From Octopus vulgaris (taxonomy: Eukaryota): 64,000 nt of DNA. The notes under the pieces were generated by a model, which had not been told where the DNA came from, did no database searches, and saw only the letters and a list, made by a program, of their open reading frames with translations. Positions 24,868 through 38,425 of the stretch are shown here, in pieces. Numbering within the stretch: position 1 is the stretch's first letter; every line of letters begins with the position of its first letter. The stretch is taken from positions 35,154,001 to 35,218,000 of the forward strand of contig OX597838.1 in NCBI GenBank assembly GCA_951406725.2, given 5' to 3'. The translations under genes and the position numbers were made by a program.

Positions 24868-25096
24868 CAGTGCTTTTCAGTTTCCTCTACCAAATTTGCA
24901 AGGAGCGGAACCCCAAGAAAGACACTTGCCCAGATGCCACGCAGTGGGAGGAACCCCCTGTGCAATAATTTAATAGTCTTATATGCACACATATCTGCAC
25001 AGGAGAATTAAAAATTACTGTTGATTTTAGCATTTTTGTAACTTCTTGCGGAACCCCTGGACTGTACTGGCGGAACTCCCTGGTTGAAAACCACTG
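24868..25096. mobile_element. hAT (Charlie-like) MITE with perfect 8-bp TSD
   Basis: TSD ACCTAGAC at 24860-24867 and 25097-25104; TIRs CAGTGCTTTTCA / TGAAAACCACTG. Confidence 0.85.
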
Positions 25097-25104
25097 ACCT
25101 AGAC

Positions 25105-25550
25105 ACCTGCGTGGTCGTGTGGTAAAAAGCTTGCTTCCCAGCCATATGGTTCCAGGTTCAGTCCTACTGTGTAACACCTTGCCTAAGTGTCTTCTACTAT
25201 AGCCTTGAACTGACCAAAGCCTTGTGAGGGGGTTTGGTAGGTGGAAAATGTAAGGAACCTGTTGTGTATATATATATATATATATACACACACACATCTG
25301 TGTACATGTATGTTTATGTATGTGTGTGTGTCTGTCTTTGTGCCAGTGTTTGTTCCCCACGAGTGCTTGACAACCAGTGTTGGTGTGTCTATGTCTCTGT
25401 AGCTTAGCGGTTTGGCAAAGAGATCGATAGAATAAGTACCAGGCTTAAAGAAAAAAATGAAGTGGAGTTGATTCATTTGACTAAAAAATTTTCAAGGCAG
25501 TGCTCCAGCATGGCCACATTCTAATGACTGAAACAAGTAGAAGATAAAAT
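25105..25550 (+). mobile_element. Family-A SINE, older subfamily
   Basis: Diverged match across the full length. Confidence 0.75.
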
Positions 25551-25721
25551 ATATACACACACGTTACACTCAGACATGCTATATATAAAGGGCTCCTTCC
25601 AGTTTCTGTCTACCAAATCCATTCACAAGTCTTTGGTTGACATGGGACTATAGTAGGTGCCATACAGTGGGACTGAACCTGAAACCATGTGGTTTCTCCT
25701 TTAGTGGAAGAAGAAATGTAT

Positions 25722-25927
25722 TCTCTTTTACTCTCTTTTACTTGTTTCAGTCATTTGACTGCAGCCATGCTGGAGCACCGCCTTTAGTTGAGCAAATCGA
25801 CACCGGGACTTATTCTTTGTAAGCCCAGTACTTATTCTATCGGTCTATTTTGCCGAACCGCTAAGTGACGGGGACATAAACACACCAGCATCGGTTGTCA
25901 AGCAATGCTAGGGGGACAAACACAAAC

Positions 25928-25987
<60 letters not shown>

Positions 25988-26133
25988 CAGGCTTCTTTCA
26001 GTTTCCGTCTACCAAATCCACTCACAAGGCATTGGTCGGCCCGAGGCTATAGCAGAAGACACTTGCCCAAGATGCCATGCAGTGGGACTGAACCCGGAAC
26101 CATGTGGCTGGTTAGCAAGCTACTTACCACACA
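25722..26133 (-). mobile_element. Family-A SINE
   Basis: Close match to the other copies. Confidence 0.9.
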
Positions 26134-26539
26134 ACTGTAATTGTAGTGCCTTTTTTCGTTTAGTTTTCAATGGACTGAGCTTAGTTATACTTGTTAGTTT
26201 ATCAGAATCTTTATTTATAATTTGTATATTTGTAGTAGGTGTGGTGAGAGATTTAAATGCTTTTTGTGCTAAATGAGGTAAAGTAAAAAAAAAGAGATTA
26301 AAAAAGAACTTTAAAATAGAACTACTTTCTATCTTAATGAATTGAAAAAATCATTTACGACATGTAAAATGTTTTTCTTTTGATTGAATCAGTGTTTTAT
26401 GATTGTGAAAGGGTTAATTTTTTGTTTTTCTTTTTAATATCATTCTATGCCAAATTCTCTACCAAGAATATATTTTCAGGATGTTAAAGACTAGAATTAC
26501 ATTTAGATAAAATTGAATTTTAAGTTCTATTAAAACTGA

Positions 26540-26581
<42 letters not shown>

Positions 26582-26592
26582 TATAAATACAT

Positions 26593-27090
26593 ATCATCAT
26601 CATCGTTTAATGTCCGTTTTCATGCTGGCATGGGTTGGAGCGTTTGACTAGGGACTGGCAAGCAAGGAGGTCGCACCAGGTTCCAGTCTGATCTGGTAGT
26701 ATTTCTACAGCTGGATGCCCTTCTTACTGCCAACCACTCTGATAGTGTAGTGGGTGCATTTTACATGGCACTGGCACGGGAGCCAGTCAGGCGGCACTGG
26801 CATTGGCCATATTAAGATGGTGCTACTGGCACAGAAGCCAGTCAGGGTATGGAGGTGGGGGGGGGGGTCTTTGACCACATTCAGATGGTGCTTTTCACTT
26901 GCCACCAGCTCAGGGAGCCAGTCAGTTGGCACTGGCAACAACCCATGCTTGGTGCATATTGCGTGCCACCAGCATGGGAGCCAGTCAGGCAGCACTGGCA
27001 TCGGCCACAACTACAATTTCCATTTGATTGTGATTTGATTTGAATTTTGATCTTGATTTTACTTGATTCAATATGTCTCCTCCAGCACAG
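26593..27090 (-). mobile_element. Family D copy with an expanded repeat array
   Basis: (CAT)n tail; several gggagccagtcaggc-type units. Confidence 0.75.
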
Positions 27091-27120
27091 AATGTTGCCC
27101 AATGATTCAAAGGTACATTT

Positions 27121-27224
27121 TGGGGAAGGCCAGTTTATGGGATTTACCTTAGGTTTCTCGTCCATAAAAGGTTTAGTTTTATGGAATATCGCTAGATCCC
27201 AAAACCTGTTACTGGCCTTCCCCA
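27121..27224 (-). ncRNA. Decayed type-I hammerhead-like motif with extended stem I
   Basis: Minus strand: tggggaaggccagt-aacagg-ttttgggat-CTAGCGA-tattccataaaa-ctaaacc-ttttatggacga-GAAACC-taa-GGTA-a-atcccataa-actggccttcccca. Outer stem 14 bp perfect; CUGANGA box carries two substitutions. Confidence 0.55.
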
Positions 27225-27287
27225 TTTTTAATATATACTGCTCTATATCATAGTGTGCTTCTTTTGGATTTATGGTTTTTACAGATG

Positions 27288-27335
<48 letters not shown>

Positions 27336-29496
27336 CAGGCTTCTTTCAGTTTCCATCTACCAAATCCACTCACAAGGCTTTGGTCAGCCTGGGGCTATAG
27401 AAGATACTTGGCCAAGGCAACATACTGGAACTGAAACCAGAACCATGTGGTTGAGAAGCAAGCTTTTTACCACACAGCCAAAACTGTGCCTATATATATA
27501 TCATCATCATCATCATCAGTGTAAGGTCCACTTTTTCATGCTTGCATGAAATTTACTAAGGTAAATGAATGACACTGCTTTTGGTGATAGTTGCTTACAA
27601 CAATCATGAGACATTGAGGCAAGGACACAATAAGGGTTAGGGATTGAACAGAAGACCATGTGTTTGAGAGACAAACATCTTACCGCACAGACATGACTAC
27701 ACCTATATACACATGAAAATAGGAATTAAAGAAATCTAAGTAAATATTGTTGCTGAGTGATCCATGCAAAATTCTGGCTAACATAATATCAAGATTCATG
27801 TGCGTTTAATCCACATGGCATTCCATACAAACTGTAACTCCGAGAAGATACACTAATCAGTTGGTTATCTCTATTCCTGTATTATACTCTAACCTCTCAC
27901 CTGGCACACAGCCACTTTCCTCAGTTCCACGCCCTCTTCCAGCTGAGAGGTCTTTGTCTCTCAAGTTTCTTGGTGACCACACTGGTGTTGGTGCCACATA
28001 AAAAGCAACCCAGTACATTTTGTAAACTAGATAGCCTTAGGAAGGGTATCCAGCAATAGAAGCCATGCCAAAGCAATGGAGACTGGTACAGTCCTCTGGC
28101 TTGCCAACATAGATGGATGTTAAATGATGATGATGATGATCATCATCATCATTGTTTAACTGTCATTTCCTATGCTAGTATGGGTAGGATGGATTGGAAA
28201 GAGCTGAGGAGCCAGAGGCCTGTGCCACGCTCCAGTATGGTTTCTATAGGATGTACTTCCTATGTATTGCTGTATATATTACTGAGAGCAGTAAGATTGA
28301 GGTGTTTGGGACCATGTCTACTCAATTTAATTCTTTTATCCTTTAGTCGTTTCTGTGACTGTACTGTAGCATCATTTTGAAGGGCTTAGTTGAATAAATT
28401 GGCCCCAGTACTAATTCTTTTTTCCTTTTTAAAGTTAGTACATATTCTATCAGTCATTAGGAGAAACAAAAGAGTAGGACACAGTGACAGTGATGAGAGA
28501 AGAGAGATGGATAGGGAGGCATGCAGTTAGCTAATTCAGAAAAGTAGATGGTGTAGATGAGGCCGAAAGGAGGAAACTGCATCTGTGTGCTATTGGTTAT
28601 AGCATGTTTATGAGTGAATCATTGCCAAGCATCCCAGCCTGTTTTTAAAAATTAGAGGATGAGAAAACCTGTATTTGTGAGCTCTCACACAGGTGCTTGC
28701 ACAATGGTGAGATTGATGGGGATGCTGAACGTAGTTGGAGAGATGACTGTGTGGTTATGGAGCTTGCTTTGCAACCATGTGGGTTTGGGTTCAGTCTCAC
28801 TGCATGACATCTTGGGCAAGTGTCTTTTACTATAGTTCCAGGCTGACCAAAATCCTTGTGAGTGAATTTGTAAAATGGAAATTGTGGAAGCCTATCGTGT
28901 TGATGTGTATGTGTGTTGGTTTGTTTATGTCCCTGTATGATGAATTTTTTTTATTATATCCATTATGTAAATGTTTAAGCTAGTTTTGTATGTTTTATTT
29001 ATTTTCTTTTTTGCTTAAAAAATTTTAGTCATACTTTAAAAAAAAAAAAAAAAGATGGCATGTCAGCCTTGATAGTCAAACAAACTGAAAAGTCAGAATG
29101 ATTTTAGATTTTTGATTCTATTAATGTATTTTAAAAAAATAAGTATTCATGTAAAATCCATATCCATATAGAAGTTGTTTCCACCTGAGAGAAAGAGGGA
29201 ACCCAATATTTAAAAAAAAACAACTCATTATTATTATTATCATTACTTTTTATTTTTGGTATAAATGGCTCTTTGGCAATCAATCAAGTATATCTTGATA
29301 GCTTTGATGGATATTCTCCAAAATAAGCCAGTAAAAGTCTGAAAATAATCTGAAAAGCTTTCTTATTTTGTCTGCTTTTTTGATCTTTTCTTCATTTTCA
29401 CTGTGAATATTAAGTGACTGAGGAAAATTGGACAGAGTATATTTTTCTCTGATGTCATGTTTTAGTGAAATTGCATAGGTAAAGACAGACAAGAGA

Positions 29497-29538
<42 letters not shown>

Positions 29539-30171
29539 GGCACTGAAAAATAAATCATTTGTGGTCATTTGTTTTTGAATTGGTTTAAATTGAACATGTC
29601 AAAGACAAAACACTAGTTCTTCCATTCACTCTTTCCCAACCGATATTTTTGATGCGATACCCTGTTTGTGTTTTAATTAGTTTTTTTTTTTTAAATAATC
29701 AAAAAGAGATTTGGAGGGATATAACAAAATGAATTTTACATTATTAAGCTGATAATCCCACCAAGATCGGCTTTGCTTTTATTAGAATGGAGTTGATAAA
29801 ATATAAATCAGGTGCTGTTGATAAAGTCAATGGGCAGTTTAGTTGGAGACATTAGTGATTTGGAAGGAATGCTCTTTGGTTTTTGTTCAGGCTCTCTACA
29901 CACTGAGTTCAAATTCTGCTAAGGTCAACTTTGCTTTCTATTCTTTCATGGTCAATAAAAAAAAGTATCTTTCCAGTACTAGGTCAGCTTGACATTCTTT
30001 TCCTGTGGAAGAAATCCAGCTGTGTTCATTCCTGGAAAGGGAGGGAGTCAACCAGATTTAAAATAATGCCCAAAATGTGCTTTATATTGTGACATAATCC
30101 CTATGACACCTTGAAGAGTTGCAGGCTCAAGGAAGAAAGGAACCTGTCTCTTGAAATAATGATGTAATGAA

Positions 30172-30450
30172 CTTATTGTATACATTGCTCAGGTGCACAC
30201 AATTCATCAGAAAAAAAGTAACCAAAACTGCATGAACAGTATATAGAATACACACAGTAAGTGAACAGTGACTGTCTCTCTAAATAGAACCCCCCCCCCA
30301 AACGTGGGTGTTGGCGAATTTCAGGAACATGAAAGTTTTGAAGGACGTGTCTTGACAGCTAACAACTGATGTGAGTAGTTAATATCATGCTTTAGCAATT
30401 CTGAGTATGAGAAAATGTTTCTGAAAGTCATGGGTGCTGCATTGCTTTTT
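30172..30450 (-). mobile_element. Degenerate 3' end of the CR1-group family also present at 60583-61079
   Basis: Shares gctcaggtgcac, gttggcgaat, aagttttgaagga, aaagtcatggg with that copy. Confidence 0.7.
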
Positions 30451-30459
30451 TGATTTTGT

Positions 30460-30832
30460 AAGCGTGTCTGTGTGGCAAGATGATTGCTTCCCAGCCACGT
30501 AGTTTTGGATTGTGGCACCTTGGGCAAGTGTCTTCCACTATTGCCTTTGGCCAACCAAAGCCTCGTGAATGGATTTGGTAAACAGAAACTGAAAGAAGCT
30601 TGTCATATATAGATATGTATATATCTGTGTGTGTGTTTGCCCCCTTCCCTGCTATCACTGCTTGATAACCAGTGTTGGTGTCTTTACGTCCCCATAACTT
30701 AATGGTTCAGTAAAAGAGACTGATAGAATAAGTACTGGGTTTAAAAAAATAAGTCCTGGGGTCAGTTTGTTCAACTAAAAGTCCTTAAGGTGTTTGCTCC
30801 ATCATGGTCGCTGTCAAATGACTGAAACAAAA
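30460..30832 (+). mobile_element. Family-A SINE, diverged
   Basis: Similarity to the other copies. Confidence 0.75.
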
Positions 30833-30840
30833 AATCTAGG

Positions 30841-30965
30841 AAAGTACTTGGAGAGTGCAGACCTCCACCAAGCAGCTCATTCCCACCCATATACACGCAT
30901 GCTGAAAATCGCCCAATTTCCCAAACCAACACTGGCAAAAACATATCCCCCTTGGTGGAGTTAAA
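30841..30965 (+). mobile_element. Short Helentron-associated (HINE/DINE-like) element
   Basis: gagagtgcagACCTCCACCAAG...CTTGGTGGAGTT followed by an A-run; shares its 5' motif with 31888-32265. Class assignment is an inference. Confidence 0.5.
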
Positions 30966-31430
30966 AAAAAAATCCCTTTAAAAACAGGAATCATCATCAC
31001 ACATCATACCACTCCTGTTGCCATTGTAACCACTGATACTATTTTATCCTCCTCCCATATTTATCTTGACCATCTTCATCATCAACACTGTCTCTGCTTT
31101 CATCACAATCAGTTTCTTTACATAGTTGAAAATCCATTATCTGATACTCATGGGACCAAGATTGTTGCAGATTTTTGATTTTTCTAATTTTGGAGTGCTT
31201 TATTAAAAACAAAATTGTGTCTACAAAATGGAACAGTTTGAGGATAGAAACCAGGTCTAAACACAATAGCTTATAGACATACTCTGAATGTAGTTCTATA
31301 TAAATCTTTAGTAATTTTTTTTTTATACCTAAGACCATCAGAAATGTTAAGATATCAGCCTCTACCCACGTTGTCCTGCTTTGATTAAAAGGTTACAGTA
31401 TAGATTAGATTACTTAGATAAGTTTCGGCC

Positions 31431-31880
31431 GAAGTTGACTCAGGCCATGTCTAATTTAATAGCACCACCTGGAAGAAATACACAGTCAGCTCTGGGGAAC
31501 CATAGCCCATTCAAGCAGAGGGTTATTGTTTCCAAAGACATATCTGGATGTGGGTGGTTTATCTGGTATTTGTTGGGGGTAATCATCTAGGGATTGTTTG
31601 AATGCCGTGAAGTTACTTTTCTCCTTTATGCGTGTCTGGCATGATGCTGAAGAGAGCAGGGCCATTTGAGGTGAAATAGTTCTGTCATAGTTTTGTGATA
31701 TGACATGAACATTTCTGTAGTGGATGGATGGCAGGGGGAAGCCTTGGACAAATTTTAAAGATGGGCAATGTTGATGGAATATTTTCCACATCATACAGAT
31801 GATATAGAGCTCACAGCGGCAGTGAAGGGAGCAAAGCCTGAGCTTTTTGAGTCGATCCCAATAGTCAAGGCTTGTCATGT
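31431..31880 (-). mobile_element. CR1/L2-group LINE 3' fragment, frameshifted
   Basis: LDYWDRLKKLRL.SL..R.E.Y.I...WKI...FKQSLDDY...IPD.P motifs. Confidence 0.75.
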
Positions 31881-31887
31881 CATCCTC

Positions 31888-32265
31888 CGCAGACCTCCAC
31901 CAAGCAGCTCTTTTTAGGATAGATACACAAATAAAATTACTAACAGAGAAACGAAAATAAACTTTGGCAACAGCAACACCACCATAGGTTATGTGGAAAC
32001 GATGAACGTGTTTTCAAGTGAGTTAATCAAAGAATGTAACATTGTAATACTTCGTGTAAAGTAAATATAACAAATGAAAAATCCTTCCCAGATCTCTACC
32101 AAAATTTCATCATCTGTTCCTTGTGTCATTACCAACTTTTCCTGTAAGTTTCATCAAATACCGTTCACAACATTTTGAGCTATTTTACACACAGGCACAT
32201 AGACAGACAGAGGGACAGACGGACAAACCAATGCCGATGAAACCTCCTTCTTTGGTGGAGGTAAT
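31888..32265 (+). mobile_element. Helentron-associated (HINE/DINE-like) element
   Basis: 5' gcagACCTCCACCAAG; aagtttcatcaaa block; (GACA)n-like run; 3' hairpin ACCTCC-ttctttggt-GGAGGT then aataaaa. Confidence 0.6.
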
Positions 32266-33185
32266 AAAAAAAATGTCCACAAGTGTTAGACATGTAGAAT
32301 TCAAAAAAGTGCCCAAGGCACTTTTGGAAAAAATCTTGTGGGGGACAAGGCATTATGCATATGTTAGAAATCATTATTAAAGTGGTGTTTTGAATAGAAT
32401 TTAATCAAAGATTTTCAAGTATAAATTATGAAAGATGAAAGGTTTTAATTTACATAGGAACAATTCATAATTGGTAGTTTTGTAATCATTAAACCGGAGG
32501 TGGTCTTATGTGGATTGGCATCAAGAAAGTCAAATGCTTTAGTCTTTAGAGTTGTTATTCAGACCATATTTAGAATCTAGTTTATTTCATTTCAATGTAT
32601 ATGAAAAGTCATTAAGAAATAGACAGGTTTTTTTTTTGGTTTTTTAGTTTTAATTTGTTTTTTTTATTTATTTCTGTTCATTTGTTTCCAGTTTTAAAAA
32701 ATTTCTTTCATTTCTTCATTCTTCCTATAACTCATTTTTCATTGTTCATTCTCTCTTTTTGTTCTTTCTTACATATATATGAGTGTATGTATAAACAATA
32801 TATATAAAAGTAGGTATCACTATAAATTTTTGAAAGTTATTACAAGGTAATTTCTGCTGTACTTTTTCTTGGAGAACATCCAAAAAGAAACATTTGGATA
32901 CCCCGTTTATGAAATTTAGATGAATGTTTTAGGAAATATGACAATTTGAATGATCAATGAAATTGTTGAAATTTTACCTAATTTGTGTAAATGAATAAGT
33001 AGCTATGTATTATATATTATCAGGTGGGGTGCCACAATTAACACAACTGAAAAAAACCCCACAAAATATTCTCCAATTCTTTGCCTGTCCATAAACAATT
33101 AAGATTGCAGCAGGTATTAATGATATTCTAACTGAAAATTCATCAGGTGTTGTCCATTTGTTGTCCCTCGCAACTGAGGATATTA

Positions 33186-33342
33186 CTCCTTACTCCTTTA
33201 CTCCTTTATTTGTTTCAGTCATTTGACTGCGGCCATGCTGGAGCACCGCCTTTAGTCGAGCAAATCGACCCTGGTACTTATTCTTTGTAAGCCCAGTACT
33301 TATTCTATCGGTCTCTTTTTGCCGAACTGCTAAGTGACGGGA
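33186..33342 (-). mobile_element. 5'-truncated family-A SINE
   Basis: Only the 3' part and tail are present. Confidence 0.85.
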
Positions 33343-33654
33343 TTTATTGTTCATAAATTGAAAAATTTCAGTTCAACTTTTAAATCTGTGAACCCATCAG
33401 CTGTTGTTGGATTTGTCACCGTTCCCACTGCCAACTTATATCACATTGACTTTTATCAAATCTGGTGTCCTCAAAACAGTTGAACTTGAACAGCAAAGAT
33501 TAAAAAGTTTATTATATGACTTAAATGAAATCATATGAAATTAAAATTCTACATTTGGGTTCATGGACAGTTTCCTGGCACCAATGAATTGCTAAAGACC
33601 ATAAAAAAATGAGTAGGAATGGTGCATCATATATCACATAAGATATGTGTTTAA

Positions 33655-33873
33655 CCCTTTAGTATTTAAACCGGCCATATCTGGCCAAAATATTTCATCT
33701 GTTTTATGTTCAAACTGACCAAATCCAGGCTCTCACACCTACCCTACAGTGTTATTCTACATTAGGTAATTACACCATCAAGATCTTGAACATATGAGAT
33801 AATGCATGATTAATTCAAATCAATGTGAATCAATAAGCATTATGTTTGATAGAATAATCAGAACACTAAAGGG
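33655..33873. mobile_element. piggyBac-type MITE with TTAA TSD, copy 2
   Basis: TTAA|CCCTTTAGT...ACTAAAGGG|TTAA. Confidence 0.85.
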
Positions 33874-36699
33874 TTAACAAGTTATGTGATGGGCATCATG
33901 TCACTTCTGACACCACTATAATGCAGCTTTGTTGCAATTTTCTTGTTTATGGTTATTTTGATATAAATCTTGATGGTGGTTGGCTAGATAATCGTTACGG
34001 AAAAGTGAAAATCAGCATTTGTGAAAATGTTAACATTACAACAAAAAATATCTGACTGTATTCAAAATCAGGGAAAAGACATATTTTAAAAAAATTACAT
34101 AGGTCTTTCATGGCCTACAAAATAATTCATTGGACAATATGATTTTTATTGATGAATATAAACCAATATTTCTCTAATACTGTGGCTGTCTCCAATTTAT
34201 GGTGTTCTATAGTGATACCTAATAAAAGCAATACATTGCTGTATATTTGGATCAAAATTCAGCCTTGGTAAATAGTTTCAGGCTGTAGCCACTTATTGAA
34301 TTAATAAAAGATATAAAAGATAAATAATTTAATTTCATATATTTTTTACTTTTTTTCAATACCCCACCCAACCCCTCCATCTTTTATGTGTCTTGAGTTT
34401 GTTTCTATCTTCAAGCAGTGCATTTAACACCTTCAAAAGGCATTTAACTCTGTTTGCCCAAGGCTTTATGTTTAATATAGAAAAATTGTTAATTAAAATT
34501 TTAATTGTGGTAGTGATGACTATAGTGGTGTGAATTTATTAAATTTTGTGAAAATTCTTTGAGATTTTATGTCAAGACAAACTCACAATACTCTAGTGAT
34601 TTTACCATGGATTCCAGTACAGTGGATTTCACTTAGTTTCATTAAAGATCATATCTTTCATGTCATCGTTCAACCCCAAGACAGTGCTGATCAAGCAAGC
34701 TTATGATCAGAAGCATTTTAACCATCACCATCCTGTAATTTTATTTCAGGACTAAGTTATTTAATGTATCCTCATTTGTATTAATAAATTCTCTTTCTGA
34801 AGCAATTTTTGTTTCATTTAATGTTAAGATAGTGGTGGGGGTTGTCTACAGAATATGTGTATGGTTCCTTTGATTTTCGGAAAATTGTGTAATGGGTTCC
34901 ACACCAAAATAAATTTTGGAATCAGTGCTAACTATCTATAAATTCTTTGTAGATAAAAATAAAGACAACAAGACACTGCTAACACAAAAGTCAGACACAA
35001 TACTGACTTGTAAAACTTTAATACACTTGTTGATATATCATGGTTGCAAAATGAGATATTGGGTCCTTGTTAGCTATTAACGTTTAAGTCCTAACATTAT
35101 CACACTCAATAAGAAGCTTCACATTGATAACTCAATCTGCTAAAGATGGCCAAATTTTCCTCAAATAACATTCTGAAAGTAAAAAAGGACACATTTTGGT
35201 AATGTAGTTCTGGATAGATAATTTTTATTTTGGCACAAGGTTAGCAGTTTTTTAGGGGCTGAGTCAAGTCGATTATATCAACCCCGATACTTGGCTGGTA
35301 TTATATTTTATTGACTGCAACAGGATGAACAGTAAAGTTGATCTTGGTGGCATCTGAACTCAGAATGTAAAGCCAGAAGAAATGTTGCTAAGTGTTTTGT
35401 CTGACACAATAACAATTCTACCAGCTTACTGTCTTAGTCCTGGATATATATAGATAAGATGGATGATCACGGCTATGATGTCTTTGAATATAGACAAACT
35501 TAATCATAACTGAATAACAACAATAATGGTGTTTCCAGAGAAAAAAAAGTAAAATTATTTGAAAATTTCCATAAAAAATAAATAGACTAAAAGGCCAAGG
35601 CAAAATACAAAACAATCAACAATCACTAAAACATTCAGATTCCATGACCCGGAGGGAGCTTTGATGTGGCTTTTAAGATGTCTGAGTATCAACATTTTGA
35701 TTTTAACTTCATCTTTTAATCTATTTGATGGTTACAACCTCACTTAAATGTTCTTTTATGGATTGATGTTGTTTGCTCAGAGACACAGACAGTGAACAAA
35801 AGTTTATTTTAATGCTGTGTTTTACGGACATAATGGTTTCATTACTTAGACTAAATATTCCTGTTTATAGCTGTTAAGTGATGTCACACACTGTTCAGAG
35901 GTGGCGAGTAGTCGTCATCATCGAACGTATGGGTTGGACTGTTTGACAGGATCCAACTAGTCACAAGACTGTATTAAGAACCAATGTCATCTTTTACATA
36001 GTTTCTATGGCTAGATACCCTTCCTTATGCCAACCACTTTTTAGAGTCTACTGGTTGTGTTTTTACTGCTACCAACTCCAGTGTTGTCACCAACTAACTT
36101 GCAAGACAAAAAGAAAAAGCTCCTTCGACTGAGTGTGGTGGTGGTGGTGGTGGATGTATATGAGTGATAGGGAACTGGCTTTATGACAGGTTTTCAAATG
36201 TTCAAGTATGATAGAGGAACGAGTACAAGTTGTCTCACGATAGAAGAGAAACATGGCTACTCGGCATTTAGGGTGGTTGTGTGTTACTGGAAAGAAGATA
36301 GAGATTGTGGTACCGAGGTGCCAGAGTGAATGCTCAAGGTACAAGGGAGCACAAGAGAGAACCCAGAGAGTGGATCAGGGGGAAGAGAGTGTGGGGAGTG
36401 AGTTACAGCTAGCCAGAAATGGGGATGGAAGAGAATGTAGTGAGTGAAAATATGATTGATGAGAAATATTGATCTGGAGAGAGAAGATAAGGTGAGAAGG
36501 ATAGAAGTGGCTCAGGAAGGAGGATATATTAGAAAGTAGAGGGATGATGAGCAAGGTGATGTACAGTGGCAGAGATGGAGGTCAGAAGTACACAAGGGTT
36601 TTCTGTAATAAATGGGGTGACAGTGGTGGAAGGTGGCATCAATGGCAGATATGAGGGAGTTTAGTTAATGAAAGCAGATATGAGGAGTGTTAAAAGATA

Positions 36700-36870
36700 A
36701 GGTGGAAAGCTGGTAGAATTGTTAGTATGTTGGGTGAAATGCTTAGTGGCATTTCGTCCATTTTTATGTTCTGAGTTCAAATTCTGCTGAGGCCGACTTA
36801 GCATTTCATTCTTTTGGGGTTGATAAAATAAGTACCAGTAGAATACTGGAGTTGATGTAATTGACTTAAC
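36700..36870 (+). mobile_element. Family-B SINE, older copy
   Basis: agctggtagaattgttag...gagttcaaattctgc...catcc-like block, aagtaccag. Confidence 0.7.
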
Positions 36871-38056
36871 TACTCTGCTGAGCCATGTTGAACCAGAGTG
36901 ACAGAATAGGCTCATCAAACCAGTATCATCTCAAGCTCAAATTCATGGCCTCCACATCAGACTGTGGTTGGTGAAGAAGAAAACATGCTGAGGCCTTGTT
37001 TTGCAGTAAACTGAACATGGGCAACCCAATCCAAAGAAGATGAGGTATGCCAGGTCTAAGATGCAGCTCAGAAGAGAGGGAAATATAATTGAAGGTGCAG
37101 AAAAGGGATGATTGGTGAAGAATTATGTGGGTAGGAATGAGAGTGAGGAATGGATATTAATAGAAAGTGGTTCCAATGTGAGATGATAGGGTTATTTAAC
37201 CTGAGGTCTTCTCTGATTGAGCAAACTTATGTTCAAAGGTATTCTGTTTCTTCCCTGGACAGGGTTTCCCAACGTCTCGGGCGGCTGGGGGTATTTGTCT
37301 CCCCTTCATAAATGTATATAAGGACACAGGAAAAATGTGTCAAAGCCATCAGGAGGCGTCGATGCTTCCTAGGGCTAAACAGCGGTGGTGAACACCCCTA
37401 CTGTCACGTTTGTGTTAGATTGACAGTATACAACCATTCTATCGCCCCACCACCGTACATGTCTCTACGAGAGATTTAGAAATTTAGTATTTCTGATTTA
37501 TATAACTGTCACGTATCAATAACTAGTAATTATCATTGTCTTAACATGTTGACTGTTTATAAATCAGCTGCTAAAAAGATATTTATGCATTTGTTGCTTT
37601 AATTCCACGTTAGTTCTAACTAGACTAACCATTAACTGAAAAACGTCCCAGTTAGGACCAGCCTGATTTATTTCCATGCACAGAGGACTACATTATTTAC
37701 TGCATCCTACTTTTTTTTTTAAGATAATAGGTTGAGATTGAAGTGGTATTTAACTTCAGTTTCTGACAGGACAAGTAACTATGTAGAGAAACCCTCATTG
37801 TGTTGTGTTTGTAAATTAGTGTGACTGATGTGGCTGGGGGCACTTGCTCTGCTTCTAAGTTGTATGCTCAGTTGAATGTGTGCTTCTTCTCTTATATCAC
37901 TTTAAACCAGAGATTAAATGATTTAATTTTTGCTGTTGTGTAGTATTTAGTGAATGTTACGCTCGATCTGATATGAAACCAGCTAATCATGTTTAGAATG
38001 TGTCTTGAAAGAAACTTGTGTTTGAATCAGCGTTGAAACATCAAAAGTTCAAACAT

Positions 38057-38425
38057 CGGGTTCAGTCCCACTGCGTGGCATCTTGGGCAAGTGTCTTCTG
38101 CTATAGCCCCGGGCCGACCAATGCCTTGTGAGTGGATTTGGTAGACGGAAACTGAAAGAAGCCTGTCGTATATATGTATATATGTATATATGTATGTGTC
38201 TGTATGTGTTTGTGTGTCTGTGTTTGTCCCCCTAGCATTGCTTGACAACCGATGCTGGTGTGTTTACGTCCCCGTTACTTAGCGGTTCGGCAAAAGAGAC
38301 CGATAGAATAAGTACTGGGCTTACAAAGAATAAGTCCCGGGGTTGATTTGCTCGACTAAAGGCGGTGCTCCAGCATGGCTGCAGTCAAATGACTGAAACA
38401 AGTAAAAGAGAGTAAAAGAGAGTAA
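38057..38425 (+). mobile_element. Family-A SINE, 5'-truncated at the B-box
   Basis: Close match to the other copies. Confidence 0.9.
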
